Shown here piece after piece: positions 19,009 through 28,967 of a DNA stretch of 64,000 nt. Under the pieces are notes generated by a model. That model searched no databases. It was not told the origin of the DNA and worked only from the letters and a program-made list of their open reading frames with translations. Each line of letters begins with the position of its first letter. Position 1 is the stretch's first letter. The position numbers were made by a program, and so were the translations under genes. The DNA lies in IMG/VR virus record IMGVR_UViG_3300044821_000131, positions 124,001 to 188,000 of that record; one strand, given 5' to 3'.

Positions 19009-19731
19009 ATGCTAAACAAACCTACACCACCGACAAATGTACACACAGCGCCCGGAAGTGCCGGGACTGAAACCCCGACGGTCACGGCGAAGTTCAATCA
19101 AGACGATCCCATACTTCGTCAAAAGGTGGAAGCTTTCGTGCAGGATGCCGGAGGTCGCCCCGCCGATAAAACTCCGGTAGAAGTGAAACCCAATGATGAC
19201 TTCAATCTACCAAATCCGAATGACACGATGCTCACCGAAGCCTTGATCAACACTGAGCAGCAGGATGTCACCGACACCGAGAAGGCTGTCTTCGTAAAGG
19301 CTCTCCTGAACGATGAACCGGTGCGATTCTCGGTCAGCCTGTATGACGGGAAGTTCGTGGTAGATCTTCGGTCACGTTCATTGCACGAACAGCGGCGTAT
19401 ATTCGATGTGCTGGAGAAGGATCATAAGGACAAGCTGGTCGATGTCAACGACATGGCCTACTTCGTTACCCGTCTGCAACAGTACTGTATGGCGATCATG
19501 GTGGAACGTGTGAACGGCAAATCGTTCTCGGAGATTTCGATCCCCAGCAGCATGACCCTCGACGACACCCAAGCTCTACTTCACAAGGCCGTTGCTGCGC
19601 ACGTCGAGGGTGTGCAGGGTATACGGTGGACGTCGTTAAACAATGCGCTGCGAATCTTCGAGGCAAAGTGTGCCAAGATGAACACGGAGGCAGCGAATCA
19701 GGATTTTTGGAAGCCCCGCGGGTCAGGTTAA
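19009..19731 (+). CDS. putative tail assembly chaperone (G-like)
   Basis: upstream of the tape measure gene; ends ..QDFW with a GGATTTT slippery-type site. Confidence 0.5.
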   Translation: MLNKPTPPTNVHTAPGSAGTETPTVTAKFNQDDPILRQKVEAFVQDAGGRPADKTPVEVKPNDDFNLPNPNDTMLTEALINTEQQDVTDTEKAVFVKALLNDEPVRFSVSLYDGKFVVDLRSRSLHEQRRIFDVLEKDHKDKLVDVNDMAYFVTRLQQYCMAIMVERVNGKSFSEISIPSSMTLDDTQALLHKAVAAHVEGVQGIRWTSLNNALRIFEAKCAKMNTEAANQDFWKPRGSG

Positions 19732-20111
19732 TGATTTTGGCGCATCTGCGTGGGCTCTTAAAGCCAGGATACAGTCAGGGTGTGGCCTCCGTAATTCGTG
19801 AAGAGCTGGTCCTACAGGCGCTCTCACAAGAGACGGAAGCGCATAATCTGCTCAGTCAGGCTCAGATGACTTCCAGTATGCTGGCGGCCTACGATCCATC
19901 ACAGCGTCCGAAGATGTTGCGACAGGCTATTGATAATCTACGAATGGGCAGTTCCTTGCTTAGGATGGAGTCCTATGATAAGATCGTCCGGCAAGTTAAA
20001 GCACACAGCGTCGAGGCCAATATAGCCGCGTTTAAGTTGTTGGAACATACGAATGTGTTCGAACTGTTGAAAAAAACTTTAGATAAGGAAACACAGAATG
20101 CCGGCGTTTAA
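19731..20111 (+). CDS. putative tail assembly chaperone, second part (T-like)
   Basis: -1 frame relative to the previous gene and open from 19626; ATG at 19731 overlaps the upstream TAA. Confidence 0.5.
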   Translation: MILAHLRGLLKPGYSQGVASVIREELVLQALSQETEAHNLLSQAQMTSSMLAAYDPSQRPKMLRQAIDNLRMGSSLLRMESYDKIVRQVKAHSVEANIAAFKLLEHTNVFELLKKTLDKETQNAGV

Positions 20112-22905
20112 TACACCGAACCCATACGGAAGTTATTTCAACTTTAACTCCGCCTATGGTGGTGACCCCACGCCCTCACTATGGCGCAATCCCAATTATC
20201 CCAACATGGGTGCCCCCGTATCGCAAGGTGTAGCCTCGGCCATGGGAAGCCCTTCCGGCGGTATAAACCCGACCGAGACAGAGTTCCTCAATACCCGGCG
20301 CCGGGACATTGCCTTCCAATCCTTCATTGACCGCGCCATCAAGGAAGACCCCCGTACCCGTACAATGGGCAATATGCTGCTGGACAGCATTTACGGTAAT
20401 GACACCAGAGCGAAGACCTTGGCCATGGCGCGCGTAGGTGGCGCTGATGCCTATCAAGGCATCATTGGCACCGTGATGAACACGCCGGGTCTGAGCGGTT
20501 ATTTCGGCGGGTCGGCCCGATCGTTGGCTGTTGGTTCGCTTGCAATTGGCACCAGCGGTCTGACCATGAATGGTTACGGTGTGTTTGGTGACAAGTCCAT
20601 GAACCTGCGTTTTGCTGATGAGATGATGCGTCAAGTGAACAGTCGGTTTTACGCGCCCAATGGCAATCCGATACTCTCGATGACGAATGGTCTCAACCGT
20701 GATCAGATGGGTGGTGTAATGGTGCAGGCGGCGTCGCAAGGAGCCTTCACCGGTCTGGACATGGGTATGTTTCAAAAGTTGGATGCCGCCGGACGCACGT
20801 CTAAATTTATTGCCAATGGCAGCACCGTTCAGAAGATCACTGAATTCATGAAGGACACGACCAAGGCTCTTGGTAGCCTGATCGACGTCTATGGCAACAT
20901 CAGTTCGGGCGAGCTCTTACAAAAGGCTCAACAGATCACTGGTCTGGACCTGAGTCGATTGGGAAATGCTAAGCTGATGTCGGAACGCCTGCAACGTTTG
21001 CGTGATATATCTGGATCCACTGGGATCGACGTGCAGTCGGCTTTCGATTTTTCGGCGCGGGCTGTGGATTACGGAACGGCTATCGGACTGCGACCGGAAA
21101 TGGCTGGCTCCATCGGCGGATACGCCACTCGTCAGGGTTGGATGAATTATCGGGCGCGGCAGCTTAATACCAGTGGGTTCTATACGAACACGGTCAGCCC
21201 GATGGAGATGATTCAATCCAGTGTGCGGGATCAGACGGCTATGAGCCAAGATCCTCTCGGAGCCAGGTTCTACGCTTTGCAGATGGCCATAACGAACAGC
21301 GGCATGGACGCGACCAGTGCTGCTAATCTGCGTAATCGTGCTTCAGGCTTCAGTGCGAATGCGGCCGGAGTAAGTGCTTTCGATCAGATGTTCCAATCAA
21401 ACTTCGGTATGTCAGCGCCTGGTCTAATTCGCGCTATGGGTGGAACTGCTGGTTTGCAACAACAATTGAGCCCAAGAGACCAAGAACTGGCAGCTGAAGC
21501 TGGGAATCGTAACCTAATGGCCCGACAAGGTCGGCTGATTGGTTACAATTTGTCTCGTGGGGGCATTATGCCGATGGGCAGCACTCGTGCTCAGATTGCT
21601 GCGATGCATGGATTGGTGACCACCTTTGACGACCAAACGATCTCGAAATTACTCGACAGTGGTAGTTCTGCTGGCGACATCGCTGGCATCGTAGGTAAGA
21701 TACTGGGACCGAATGCCTCTGGGGCTCTGAGCGACATCAACACAATTCGCGGTATGGGTGCTGGTGGGGTATTGGCCTATCACAACACGCGTTCGGCCAT
21801 TCAGGCGAACGAGCTTACGAAAGGATTTCGATCTCAGGAAAGCTGGATCAAGAATGCCTACATGAACATGACGCAGATATCCACGGAGGCACGGGGGCAA
21901 TTGCTTGGGGGTGGGTTCATGGCTGGCATGATGGACAAATATTCCGGCAATGATCCGATGGGTCAATTGATGTGGCTGCAGAAGAATCGTCCTGATGTTG
22001 TGGCCGGGCTTGGCCGAGGTCAGTCGATCAGCATGGATTTTGCCAGTTTCATGAACGCAGACGGTTCGCTTAACATGGGAGCCTGGCAAAACGCCGCTAA
22101 GCAGTGGAGATCAGGTTTAGAACGCACACCGGAAGGCGCGGCGATTTCTCGTCGGTTCAAGCTTAACGGAATTGGCGGGCCAAACAATGCCAGTATACTG
22201 ACCGATTTTTACAACACCGTCCGGGATCCCGGTAAACTGCAAGACTTGATGTCCGGATTTAACATGTACGGGCTTGATAGTGGAAAAGGTGTAGCCTTCG
22301 CACGCTCTTCGGATTTGGCCCAGAAGGGTTTATATGGAGATACTGCCTCTGACATGTTGGCAGTGGCCAACGACCTGAGTCGCGCGGGTGGTTCCGAAAC
22401 AGAGGTGGCTAATTTCAGAATGTACGCTGCGGCATTACAATCCGGAGGATTGATGTTCAGAGTTGGTAAGAACGGGGTTATGTCACGATCAGCTTTCGGT
22501 CGCGCGAGCGCTGACGCTATGGCCACCATGAGCAAGCAGTTCGAGACTTCCGTGATGAGTCATGTGTTGTCGGGCGGAAGCATTAGCAATACAACGCTGG
22601 TACAAATAGCCAAGCACGGTTACGCTGGTCACATGTTATCTGAGTGGCAGGATAAAGAAGACATGTTGAAATCGTTGATTAATATTGATCCCAAGAAGCA
22701 TTGGTGGAATTCTGATCCGAGACAGGATCAGATCAACAGTCTGGAGAAGGCGAAGAATTTGCTGAAGGCTGCTGGCGTGCAATCAGATTCCAAATTGGAC
22801 AATGCAACTGGTGGTGGCAGAATTACCGGTAATTTAACAATTGAAGGAAGAAACGACTTGGTGATGAAACTAAACGCGATCTTGGACGCGCCAACAACTC
22901 AATAA
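20098..22905 (+). CDS. tape measure protein
   Basis: 935 aa, A/G/M/S-rich and helical, after tube, spike and chaperone genes. Confidence 0.6.
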   Translation: MPAFNTPNPYGSYFNFNSAYGGDPTPSLWRNPNYPNMGAPVSQGVASAMGSPSGGINPTETEFLNTRRRDIAFQSFIDRAIKEDPRTRTMGNMLLDSIYGNDTRAKTLAMARVGGADAYQGIIGTVMNTPGLSGYFGGSARSLAVGSLAIGTSGLTMNGYGVFGDKSMNLRFADEMMRQVNSRFYAPNGNPILSMTNGLNRDQMGGVMVQAASQGAFTGLDMGMFQKLDAAGRTSKFIANGSTVQKITEFMKDTTKALGSLIDVYGNISSGELLQKAQQITGLDLSRLGNAKLMSERLQRLRDISGSTGIDVQSAFDFSARAVDYGTAIGLRPEMAGSIGGYATRQGWMNYRARQLNTSGFYTNTVSPMEMIQSSVRDQTAMSQDPLGARFYALQMAITNSGMDATSAANLRNRASGFSANAAGVSAFDQMFQSNFGMSAPGLIRAMGGTAGLQQQLSPRDQELAAEAGNRNLMARQGRLIGYNLSRGGIMPMGSTRAQIAAMHGLVTTFDDQTISKLLDSGSSAGDIAGIVGKILGPNASGALSDINTIRGMGAGGVLAYHNTRSAIQANELTKGFRSQESWIKNAYMNMTQISTEARGQLLGGGFMAGMMDKYSGNDPMGQLMWLQKNRPDVVAGLGRGQSISMDFASFMNADGSLNMGAWQNAAKQWRSGLERTPEGAAISRRFKLNGIGGPNNASILTDFYNTVRDPGKLQDLMSGFNMYGLDSGKGVAFARSSDLAQKGLYGDTASDMLAVANDLSRAGGSETEVANFRMYAAALQSGGLMFRVGKNGVMSRSAFGRASADAMATMSKQFETSVMSHVLSGGSISNTTLVQIAKHGYAGHMLSEWQDKEDMLKSLINIDPKKHWWNSDPRQDQINSLEKAKNLLKAAGVQSDSKLDNATGGGRITGNLTIEGRNDLVMKLNAILDAPTTQ

Positions 22906-22908
22906 TGT

Positions 22909-24573
22909 ATGTCAAGTGCTTACAGCATGCCGGCGCTCTCAGATCTGACTGGAATGTCCACTCAGGACAAAGTTGTCTTGGCCAAGCAGATAAAGGCGGC
23001 GAACGATGCTGCGCCCCCGTTCAGTTCGCAAGCCGATAAGACTGAAAAAGATTTGGATACGGTCTTGGATTCCGATCCGAATGTGGCGAAGCAAGTTTAC
23101 GCCGACACGGCATCTACTCCTTCAGCATCTTCGAATGCCGTACAAATGGCAGCCACCAGCCCGACCCCGGCCAATCTGGATTCAAATCCCAATGCTAGGG
23201 CTTCTGATGATTTCACTGCAGCATCGGACCCTAACGTCGTGCCCCTGGATTATATCACTGGAGACGCCGCGAAACAGGATCAATTAAATGCTATAGTGCA
23301 AGCCAATGCTCCGGTAACCGGACAGATTGATGCCACGATACCCGGAAATTTGAGTCCGCCTCCCGCATCGTCCTCGGCGTTGTTGGGTGTGACTGCACCT
23401 AATGCCAACGATGCTGCCGCAGCTGCCGCGGGTTGGGAGATTCAGCCAGCGCCGAAAGCGCCTCCACCATCGCCTACGACCGGAGTGGCTATCCTTTGTG
23501 CCCGGGGAACCACCATGGTCACGGAGCTGAATTCGAATTCGAATACCCACAACACTGGATATTACGCAATTGAGGAGTGGTCCAGGTATCCGGACACATT
23601 GCGCCAACAGAATACCAACTCGAAGCAGGTACAGAACGCCAATCTATCGAAGAGCATATCGACGCAGGTGAAATTGGCGCCGATACTGATCACGGGTTGT
23701 ACCTTTTCGCACCGTGATGTGATCAGTCAGACGTTGTGTATGAACAACGTAAAGGTACTCTATTCGTTCGGCCAGAATTACGGCGACGTAACCATAGCCG
23801 GTGAAATACTTCTCGGCAACTTCGGTGATTTACTATTGGCTAACAACACGGTCAAAACTTTTGTAGATTTCTTTTGGAAATACCGTGTATCGAACTATTT
23901 GGCACCGGTTACAGTGTCCGCGGTGAACGAGAAATTTCTTACATATCTGGTTGGCATGGATTTCGGTGACATCATTCCCGACGTTCATATCCTGCCGTTT
24001 CTACTACATGGGATTCTTTTGGACGTGTCGAGAAACAAAAAGGCGGTTATTAATCCTCCCAGTGTGGTGCTGTCGACTGCGGATATATTTAACAGTTCGA
24101 TCGCTGCGGCACTGTCCAAGACCACGAGTGTGAACACATCGTTGACGGGTGTGGGAACTACGACGTCGGCAAGCACATCGGCTGCGAACACAACCAATGC
24201 CGCGAATGCTGCTGCAGCACAAATACAGATATTCAATAAGGACAATATACCAAGTACGTTGCCAACTAAGGAAGCCGCGGCGCTACCGTCAGCAGAAGCC
24301 GCGGCTCCGGATACCGGTGCTTGTACGGACCCTGTGGCAATTTGTGCTAAGAATGCTGGCAGTCTTACGCCGACACAGAAATCTTTTCATGATGCCTACG
24401 TTGCCGACCTTAATAAAGGTCTGAAAGATCCTCTGTCTCAAGATCGAGACTTGGCGGACTTGGGCGACGCGGTAACCGACGAGGAATCAACTCGATATAA
24501 AGCTGTGCAAAACGAACGCGCGGTGCAGGCATCCACTATCAACACACAGGCGTCCTTACAGGCACTACAGTGA
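22909..24573 (+). CDS. putative baseplate/tail-tube initiator protein
   Basis: tube-fold-like core (LYSFGQNYGDVTIAGEILLG) with low-complexity termini; follows the tape measure gene. Confidence 0.4.
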   Translation: MSSAYSMPALSDLTGMSTQDKVVLAKQIKAANDAAPPFSSQADKTEKDLDTVLDSDPNVAKQVYADTASTPSASSNAVQMAATSPTPANLDSNPNARASDDFTAASDPNVVPLDYITGDAAKQDQLNAIVQANAPVTGQIDATIPGNLSPPPASSSALLGVTAPNANDAAAAAAGWEIQPAPKAPPPSPTTGVAILCARGTTMVTELNSNSNTHNTGYYAIEEWSRYPDTLRQQNTNSKQVQNANLSKSISTQVKLAPILITGCTFSHRDVISQTLCMNNVKVLYSFGQNYGDVTIAGEILLGNFGDLLLANNTVKTFVDFFWKYRVSNYLAPVTVSAVNEKFLTYLVGMDFGDIIPDVHILPFLLHGILLDVSRNKKAVINPPSVVLSTADIFNSSIAAALSKTTSVNTSLTGVGTTTSASTSAANTTNAANAAAAQIQIFNKDNIPSTLPTKEAAALPSAEAAAPDTGACTDPVAICAKNAGSLTPTQKSFHDAYVADLNKGLKDPLSQDRDLADLGDAVTDEESTRYKAVQNERAVQASTINTQASLQALQ

Positions 24574-24574
24574 T

Positions 24575-25366
24575 ATGATCAACAAATTTTTACATGCGTT
24601 GACGAACCGACAGATAATATCTGGCGATCCAATGTTCGCTAGTGATCCTACCTTCGTGCCGGCGAAGTTGACGTCGAACGACTTGGCCATCAGGTCAGCA
24701 CTGTGTTTGGACTATACAACGTCTGATTACTATCTCCGGGCCTACGTAGCCTTAATGGACACTTATCCGGACATTTTGTCCGCATTGAATGACAAGGTTA
24801 TCAGCTATTCCGTGAAGGATTTCCTGCCACGCGGAGTTCGGATTCAAGGAGCTACACTGTTTAGCAATCCGGGCACCTCTGGATTCTTCTCCGATCTGCG
24901 TCCATTGTCCATGCCTGTAGGTTTATCCTACACGATCGATCTGCCTTCGGTCAGCAACACGATCAATAATTCCATGTGTACGATCAAGCAGGTGGAAACC
25001 GGGATTGTGCGCCAAGCTTCCTGTATTCTCTCGACCGATCCCAATGACACACTGTTGCGCATCGATTGGCCAGACGGCATTCCATTCCAAGGTCCAATGC
25101 GCCTCACTCAACCATGGGTCAGCGGCGCGCACATCTATATCCAGACTGAACCCAGTCGTTTCCCTTATTATGCCGCCGTACAGGGCGTGCGACAACAACC
25201 TTATCTGTCACAGCTGTTGTCGAACTATGGCGTGTTAGAGGCTTTCAAGAACACTCAGGATAGTCGAGACCAGTTGGCTATCGTGCTGTTGGTCGTGGCT
25301 TTGAGCAATCCGGCAGTGTACAAACCGATTAATCCCGGATCGTTTACTCCGATTTCGGCTGGTTGA
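24575..25366 (+). CDS. hypothetical baseplate-region protein
   Basis: 263-aa ORF in a tightly packed operon. Confidence 0.55.
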   Translation: MINKFLHALTNRQIISGDPMFASDPTFVPAKLTSNDLAIRSALCLDYTTSDYYLRAYVALMDTYPDILSALNDKVISYSVKDFLPRGVRIQGATLFSNPGTSGFFSDLRPLSMPVGLSYTIDLPSVSNTINNSMCTIKQVETGIVRQASCILSTDPNDTLLRIDWPDGIPFQGPMRLTQPWVSGAHIYIQTEPSRFPYYAAVQGVRQQPYLSQLLSNYGVLEAFKNTQDSRDQLAIVLLVVALSNPAVYKPINPGSFTPISAG

Positions 25367-25371
25367 CCACC

Positions 25372-27381
25372 ATGAGCAATCCTGTAAACAAAGTCCGCGC
25401 GCCCTCGGTCACGGCAAAGATTGGCGACGTAGTTGTGCCAGTGTTGTCGATCAGCCTGTATCACACTATCAATTCCCTGCCGTACGTCGAATTTGCTGTA
25501 GCATTGGATAACTCTCCGAATGGTAGTGGAATTGCCAGCATCGGTGGTGTCCAGATCGATATCACAAAGATCCGACAGCTGGGCAAGTTGATACAGGAAA
25601 AGATATATAACAACTTTTCGTTGCAGCCTGATGTAGAGATCGTCATCACGGACGATACGTCGACCAATATAAATACGAATACGCTTACGTTCGTGGGCTT
25701 TCTTTGCAACCCTGAATTTCAGGCCGCTGCAGGTGGTCAATTTCAACTGGTCTTCACCGCGCTCCACAGCATGGTTCGCCTGCAAGCCTTCAACGCTCAG
25801 ATATACTACTGGTCGGCATACTACGCCACCAATCAAGATGCTTTTCAGAATGTGTTCGAGGCGTATTTCGGAACCAATTATGTCAAGGACGATAGTATTA
25901 CCAATCGAACTCTGGCAGGTCTGAATGGCTTGATGAAAGATTTCACCTCGATGCGGGAGGCAGTGAACAGCCCGACTGCCGGCGTAACCTTCCAAGCCGA
26001 GAATAATTCTCCGACGTTGTTCGAGCCGGTACAGTGGAATGTCCATGTGTTAAACCAACTGGTGCTGCCCGCCGTAAATCAGGTGTTGAGTGAAAGCTCC
26101 AAACTGACCGAGATCGAGGGTCTGACTTCAGCCAATACGGCGGCATTGTTCTCAGACGCTCCGTTACACCGTACCATATTTGACACATTAACTGGCAGCA
26201 TGAACATGCTCGATGCGTTGACGAATCTGTGTTCTCCGTTCATGTTCCAGATGAACGCCACGTGGAGTGATCATCTGTGGCTGGAGCATCTACAGACCAT
26301 GGAGGTACCACAGAGCATGATTATAGCGCCCACCGAGAGTATATCATTCAATCTGTCGTCGGCCTTCGAGATACCAATCCTACAGGTTATTGTCCGAGGC
26401 CCCGGCAGTAATTTTTACGACGGCATGCCGGTCAGTCAAGGTAGTGATGTGGCACCGGTCTCTCCCTCATTATTAGTTCCCGAAGTACAGGACTCCGTGG
26501 TGTTGTCCGATCAGAGTCTACGTATCCTCGGCCGGTATCCCTCCAGTGTGCCAACGGTGCCGGCAGGCGTAAATTCCGACGTAGCTGAAGCTGTGTCACA
26601 GGCGAGTAACCTGTTGCAGTTGACCATAACGAATTCGACCGGCAATTTTGGCACCCCTACAACGAATTCCATATTGTCCAACAAGCAGTTGGCCCCGATG
26701 CCTGGGCGTTACGTATATATCGATGCACCGTCTTGGATCGCTGCGGATTTCAATCTGCTGACTCCGGATGTGACCGACGCGCTTACTACGGCGACCGATA
26801 TGGCATTGGATTTGGTGGCCGGTCTGCCGTCTGATCAGGATCGTTACGCGGCCATGTCCACCGCGAAGGTGCCGTTCCTGAATTACATGGCTCGTTCCTA
26901 TTTTAATGATCTGTTCCTGAACCGATCCACCGCGCGTGTAACCGTGCCGTTGGTGTTAACCCCGCAAGTTGGACGGACATACTTCTTGAAGGCTACCGGT
27001 CAGGATGCGTCCCTGTATATCGGGTATTTGCAGTCAGTAAAACATACGATCGTGGTGGGAGATCAGGCAATTGCCTCGACCGAGCTAGTATTCACTCACG
27101 TCCAGTCCCGGGATGCTACGTTGACCCCGGTTGTGCTCGGTAACGCATCCTATGGTGTCACGGCGCAACAACTGCTGGATTCTATAAACAACTCGGAGTC
27201 ACGGCTGAATGCCATAGCCGCAAAGGGCACCACCTACAACGTGCTTTCGCCGGATGACTTGGCGCAGATACAATTACAAGCCAACCAGGTGGCCCAAGGT
27301 GTATTGAACACCATAAAGAAAGTTAAGCAATCACCGACGTTTACCAATGTTGCTTCCAAAATCCGTAAATTCCTGCCATAA
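25372..27381 (+). CDS. putative baseplate hub protein
   Basis: about 670 aa; C-terminal GYLQSVKHTI..TELVFTHV hub-like pattern; position in operon. Confidence 0.45.
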   Translation: MSNPVNKVRAPSVTAKIGDVVVPVLSISLYHTINSLPYVEFAVALDNSPNGSGIASIGGVQIDITKIRQLGKLIQEKIYNNFSLQPDVEIVITDDTSTNINTNTLTFVGFLCNPEFQAAAGGQFQLVFTALHSMVRLQAFNAQIYYWSAYYATNQDAFQNVFEAYFGTNYVKDDSITNRTLAGLNGLMKDFTSMREAVNSPTAGVTFQAENNSPTLFEPVQWNVHVLNQLVLPAVNQVLSESSKLTEIEGLTSANTAALFSDAPLHRTIFDTLTGSMNMLDALTNLCSPFMFQMNATWSDHLWLEHLQTMEVPQSMIIAPTESISFNLSSAFEIPILQVIVRGPGSNFYDGMPVSQGSDVAPVSPSLLVPEVQDSVVLSDQSLRILGRYPSSVPTVPAGVNSDVAEAVSQASNLLQLTITNSTGNFGTPTTNSILSNKQLAPMPGRYVYIDAPSWIAADFNLLTPDVTDALTTATDMALDLVAGLPSDQDRYAAMSTAKVPFLNYMARSYFNDLFLNRSTARVTVPLVLTPQVGRTYFLKATGQDASLYIGYLQSVKHTIVVGDQAIASTELVFTHVQSRDATLTPVVLGNASYGVTAQQLLDSINNSESRLNAIAAKGTTYNVLSPDDLAQIQLQANQVAQGVLNTIKKVKQSPTFTNVASKIRKFLP

Positions 27382-27390
27382 TTCAAGCCG

Positions 27391-28092
27391 ATGACCGCAA
27401 CTGACACAGACAGCGCCTACGCAGCCTACAGAGCCAACCCGGCGCCGGATACGTTACACGGTGTCGTCAAGACCTTGGCTCCGACGATCAATTATGCCTT
27501 GGCCTCGGTGAATGCTGTCGATGATCCTCTAGTGCGCAGCAAGGCTCAGATATACGCGGCTCAAGCTGTGGCGAAGTATGATCCGGTTTACGGCGCCAAT
27601 CTGGCTACGCACGTTGGACATCAGCTTCGGCAGTTGACACGTACGGCGCGACAGTCGCGAGCTCCGGTTAAGATTCCGGAACGCGTACAGTTGGATTCCT
27701 TCAAGTTAAGTGAAGCGAAGAAAAGTTTTATGGACGAGTTCGGGCACGAACCAGATATTCTGGAACTGGCGGACCACACCGGAATGCCGGTCAAACATAT
27801 TGAAAAACTCAACCGTTATCAGTTCAGTATTCCGTCGGAAGAAGGCTACGGAGCTGATATCGAACACGAAGGTCCAGACTTTGCTAAGGATGCACTCGAA
27901 TACATTCATCATGACTCTGATCACACCGACCGAAGGATTCTCGAGTTAAAGCTGGGGTATGGAGGTCACGCTCCGCTAAATCCGCAGGAGGTCGGGGCCA
28001 AGTTGAAGCTGACGCCATCACAGCTAAGTCGTCGGTCAATGCGTCTGGCCAAACGTATTCATGAGGTCCAGTCAGCGCTGGAGACACAATAA
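27391..28092 (+). CDS. RNA polymerase sigma-70-family factor
   Basis: region 2 AVAKYDPVYGANLATHV; VKIPER; region 3 FGHEPDILELADHTG; region 4 HTH RRILELKLG..QEVGAKLKLTPSQLSR. Confidence 0.85.
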   Translation: MTATDTDSAYAAYRANPAPDTLHGVVKTLAPTINYALASVNAVDDPLVRSKAQIYAAQAVAKYDPVYGANLATHVGHQLRQLTRTARQSRAPVKIPERVQLDSFKLSEAKKSFMDEFGHEPDILELADHTGMPVKHIEKLNRYQFSIPSEEGYGADIEHEGPDFAKDALEYIHHDSDHTDRRILELKLGYGGHAPLNPQEVGAKLKLTPSQLSRRSMRLAKRIHEVQSALETQ

Positions 28093-28093
28093 C

Positions 28094-28561
28094 ATGATTC
28101 AAACGGCTCAAGTCACGGGCGCCCGGGCGTTGCAGGCTTTGCACACGATCCGACAGTATGTGCAGTCACACGACACCAAGTACTGGACGGCGGAAGAGAT
28201 GGGTAGTCTCGATGCGTCGTCTTTGGGTTCGCTTCTGGATGATATTGATCACCGAGCGGCACAGGAGCTGTCGTCACAGCTGATGCTCGAATTGTCGGAT
28301 CTGTTTTGTCTGATTCGAGACCGGGCCTACGCGAACAGATCTCGACGCTGGTTGTACACCAAGGCGTACAAGACGAAGATTCTGTCGGCTTACGAACTAT
28401 GGGCAGCGTTCGTAAAGGAGAACCGGTCACAAGATCTAAAGAAGAATTTCTTGGATGTGGACCCGCTAGCTTTGGTGAATATCGACTTTGCTACAGCGTT
28501 GACCCTGCCCGAGAATTCAACCAAACTAACGGAAGCGTTGGCCAATTTGAACAAGTCCTGA
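28094..28561 (+). CDS. hypothetical protein
   Basis: ATG at 28094 just after the sigma stop codon. Confidence 0.55.
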   Translation: MIQTAQVTGARALQALHTIRQYVQSHDTKYWTAEEMGSLDASSLGSLLDDIDHRAAQELSSQLMLELSDLFCLIRDRAYANRSRRWLYTKAYKTKILSAYELWAAFVKENRSQDLKKNFLDVDPLALVNIDFATALTLPENSTKLTEALANLNKS

Positions 28562-28562
28562 T

Positions 28563-28967
28563 ATGCGTGGTGTAAAAATAGATTTTACCGGTGCTGCCCC
28601 AGTGTTTGATTTTTCAAACACAGTGCAAGACTTCAACACCACCGTCCAAAACTCCATGGTCAACCTGGCCACACAGATTGGCAGCGATACCCTGTACCCG
28701 GATAAGGGTACCAATCTGTTAATGGATGCCGTACAAGGATTGATGATAAACCAGCAGTGGGCTAACAACTCTGCCAACTTCGCGGCCATCAAGACCATTG
28801 TGTTCAGTCAGAATAATGATCTACCGGGAGATCCGTTTAGTCTGCAGACACTTTCTCTGACGGCGGACGTGTTTAACATTTACAATCTTAATTTCTCGGT
28901 GACCGCCGTGTGCGTGGATGGAACAGTGGTTGGGGCCACGGCAAACATTCAAACACAAAGCTCATGA
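28563..28967 (+). CDS. baseplate wedge protein (gp25/W-like)
   Basis: 134 aa; LATQIGSDTLYPDKGTNL resembles the gp25 T.xG.r...P.fG motif; precedes a J-like gene. Confidence 0.6.
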   Translation: MRGVKIDFTGAAPVFDFSNTVQDFNTTVQNSMVNLATQIGSDTLYPDKGTNLLMDAVQGLMINQQWANNSANFAAIKTIVFSQNNDLPGDPFSLQTLSLTADVFNIYNLNFSVTAVCVDGTVVGATANIQTQSS

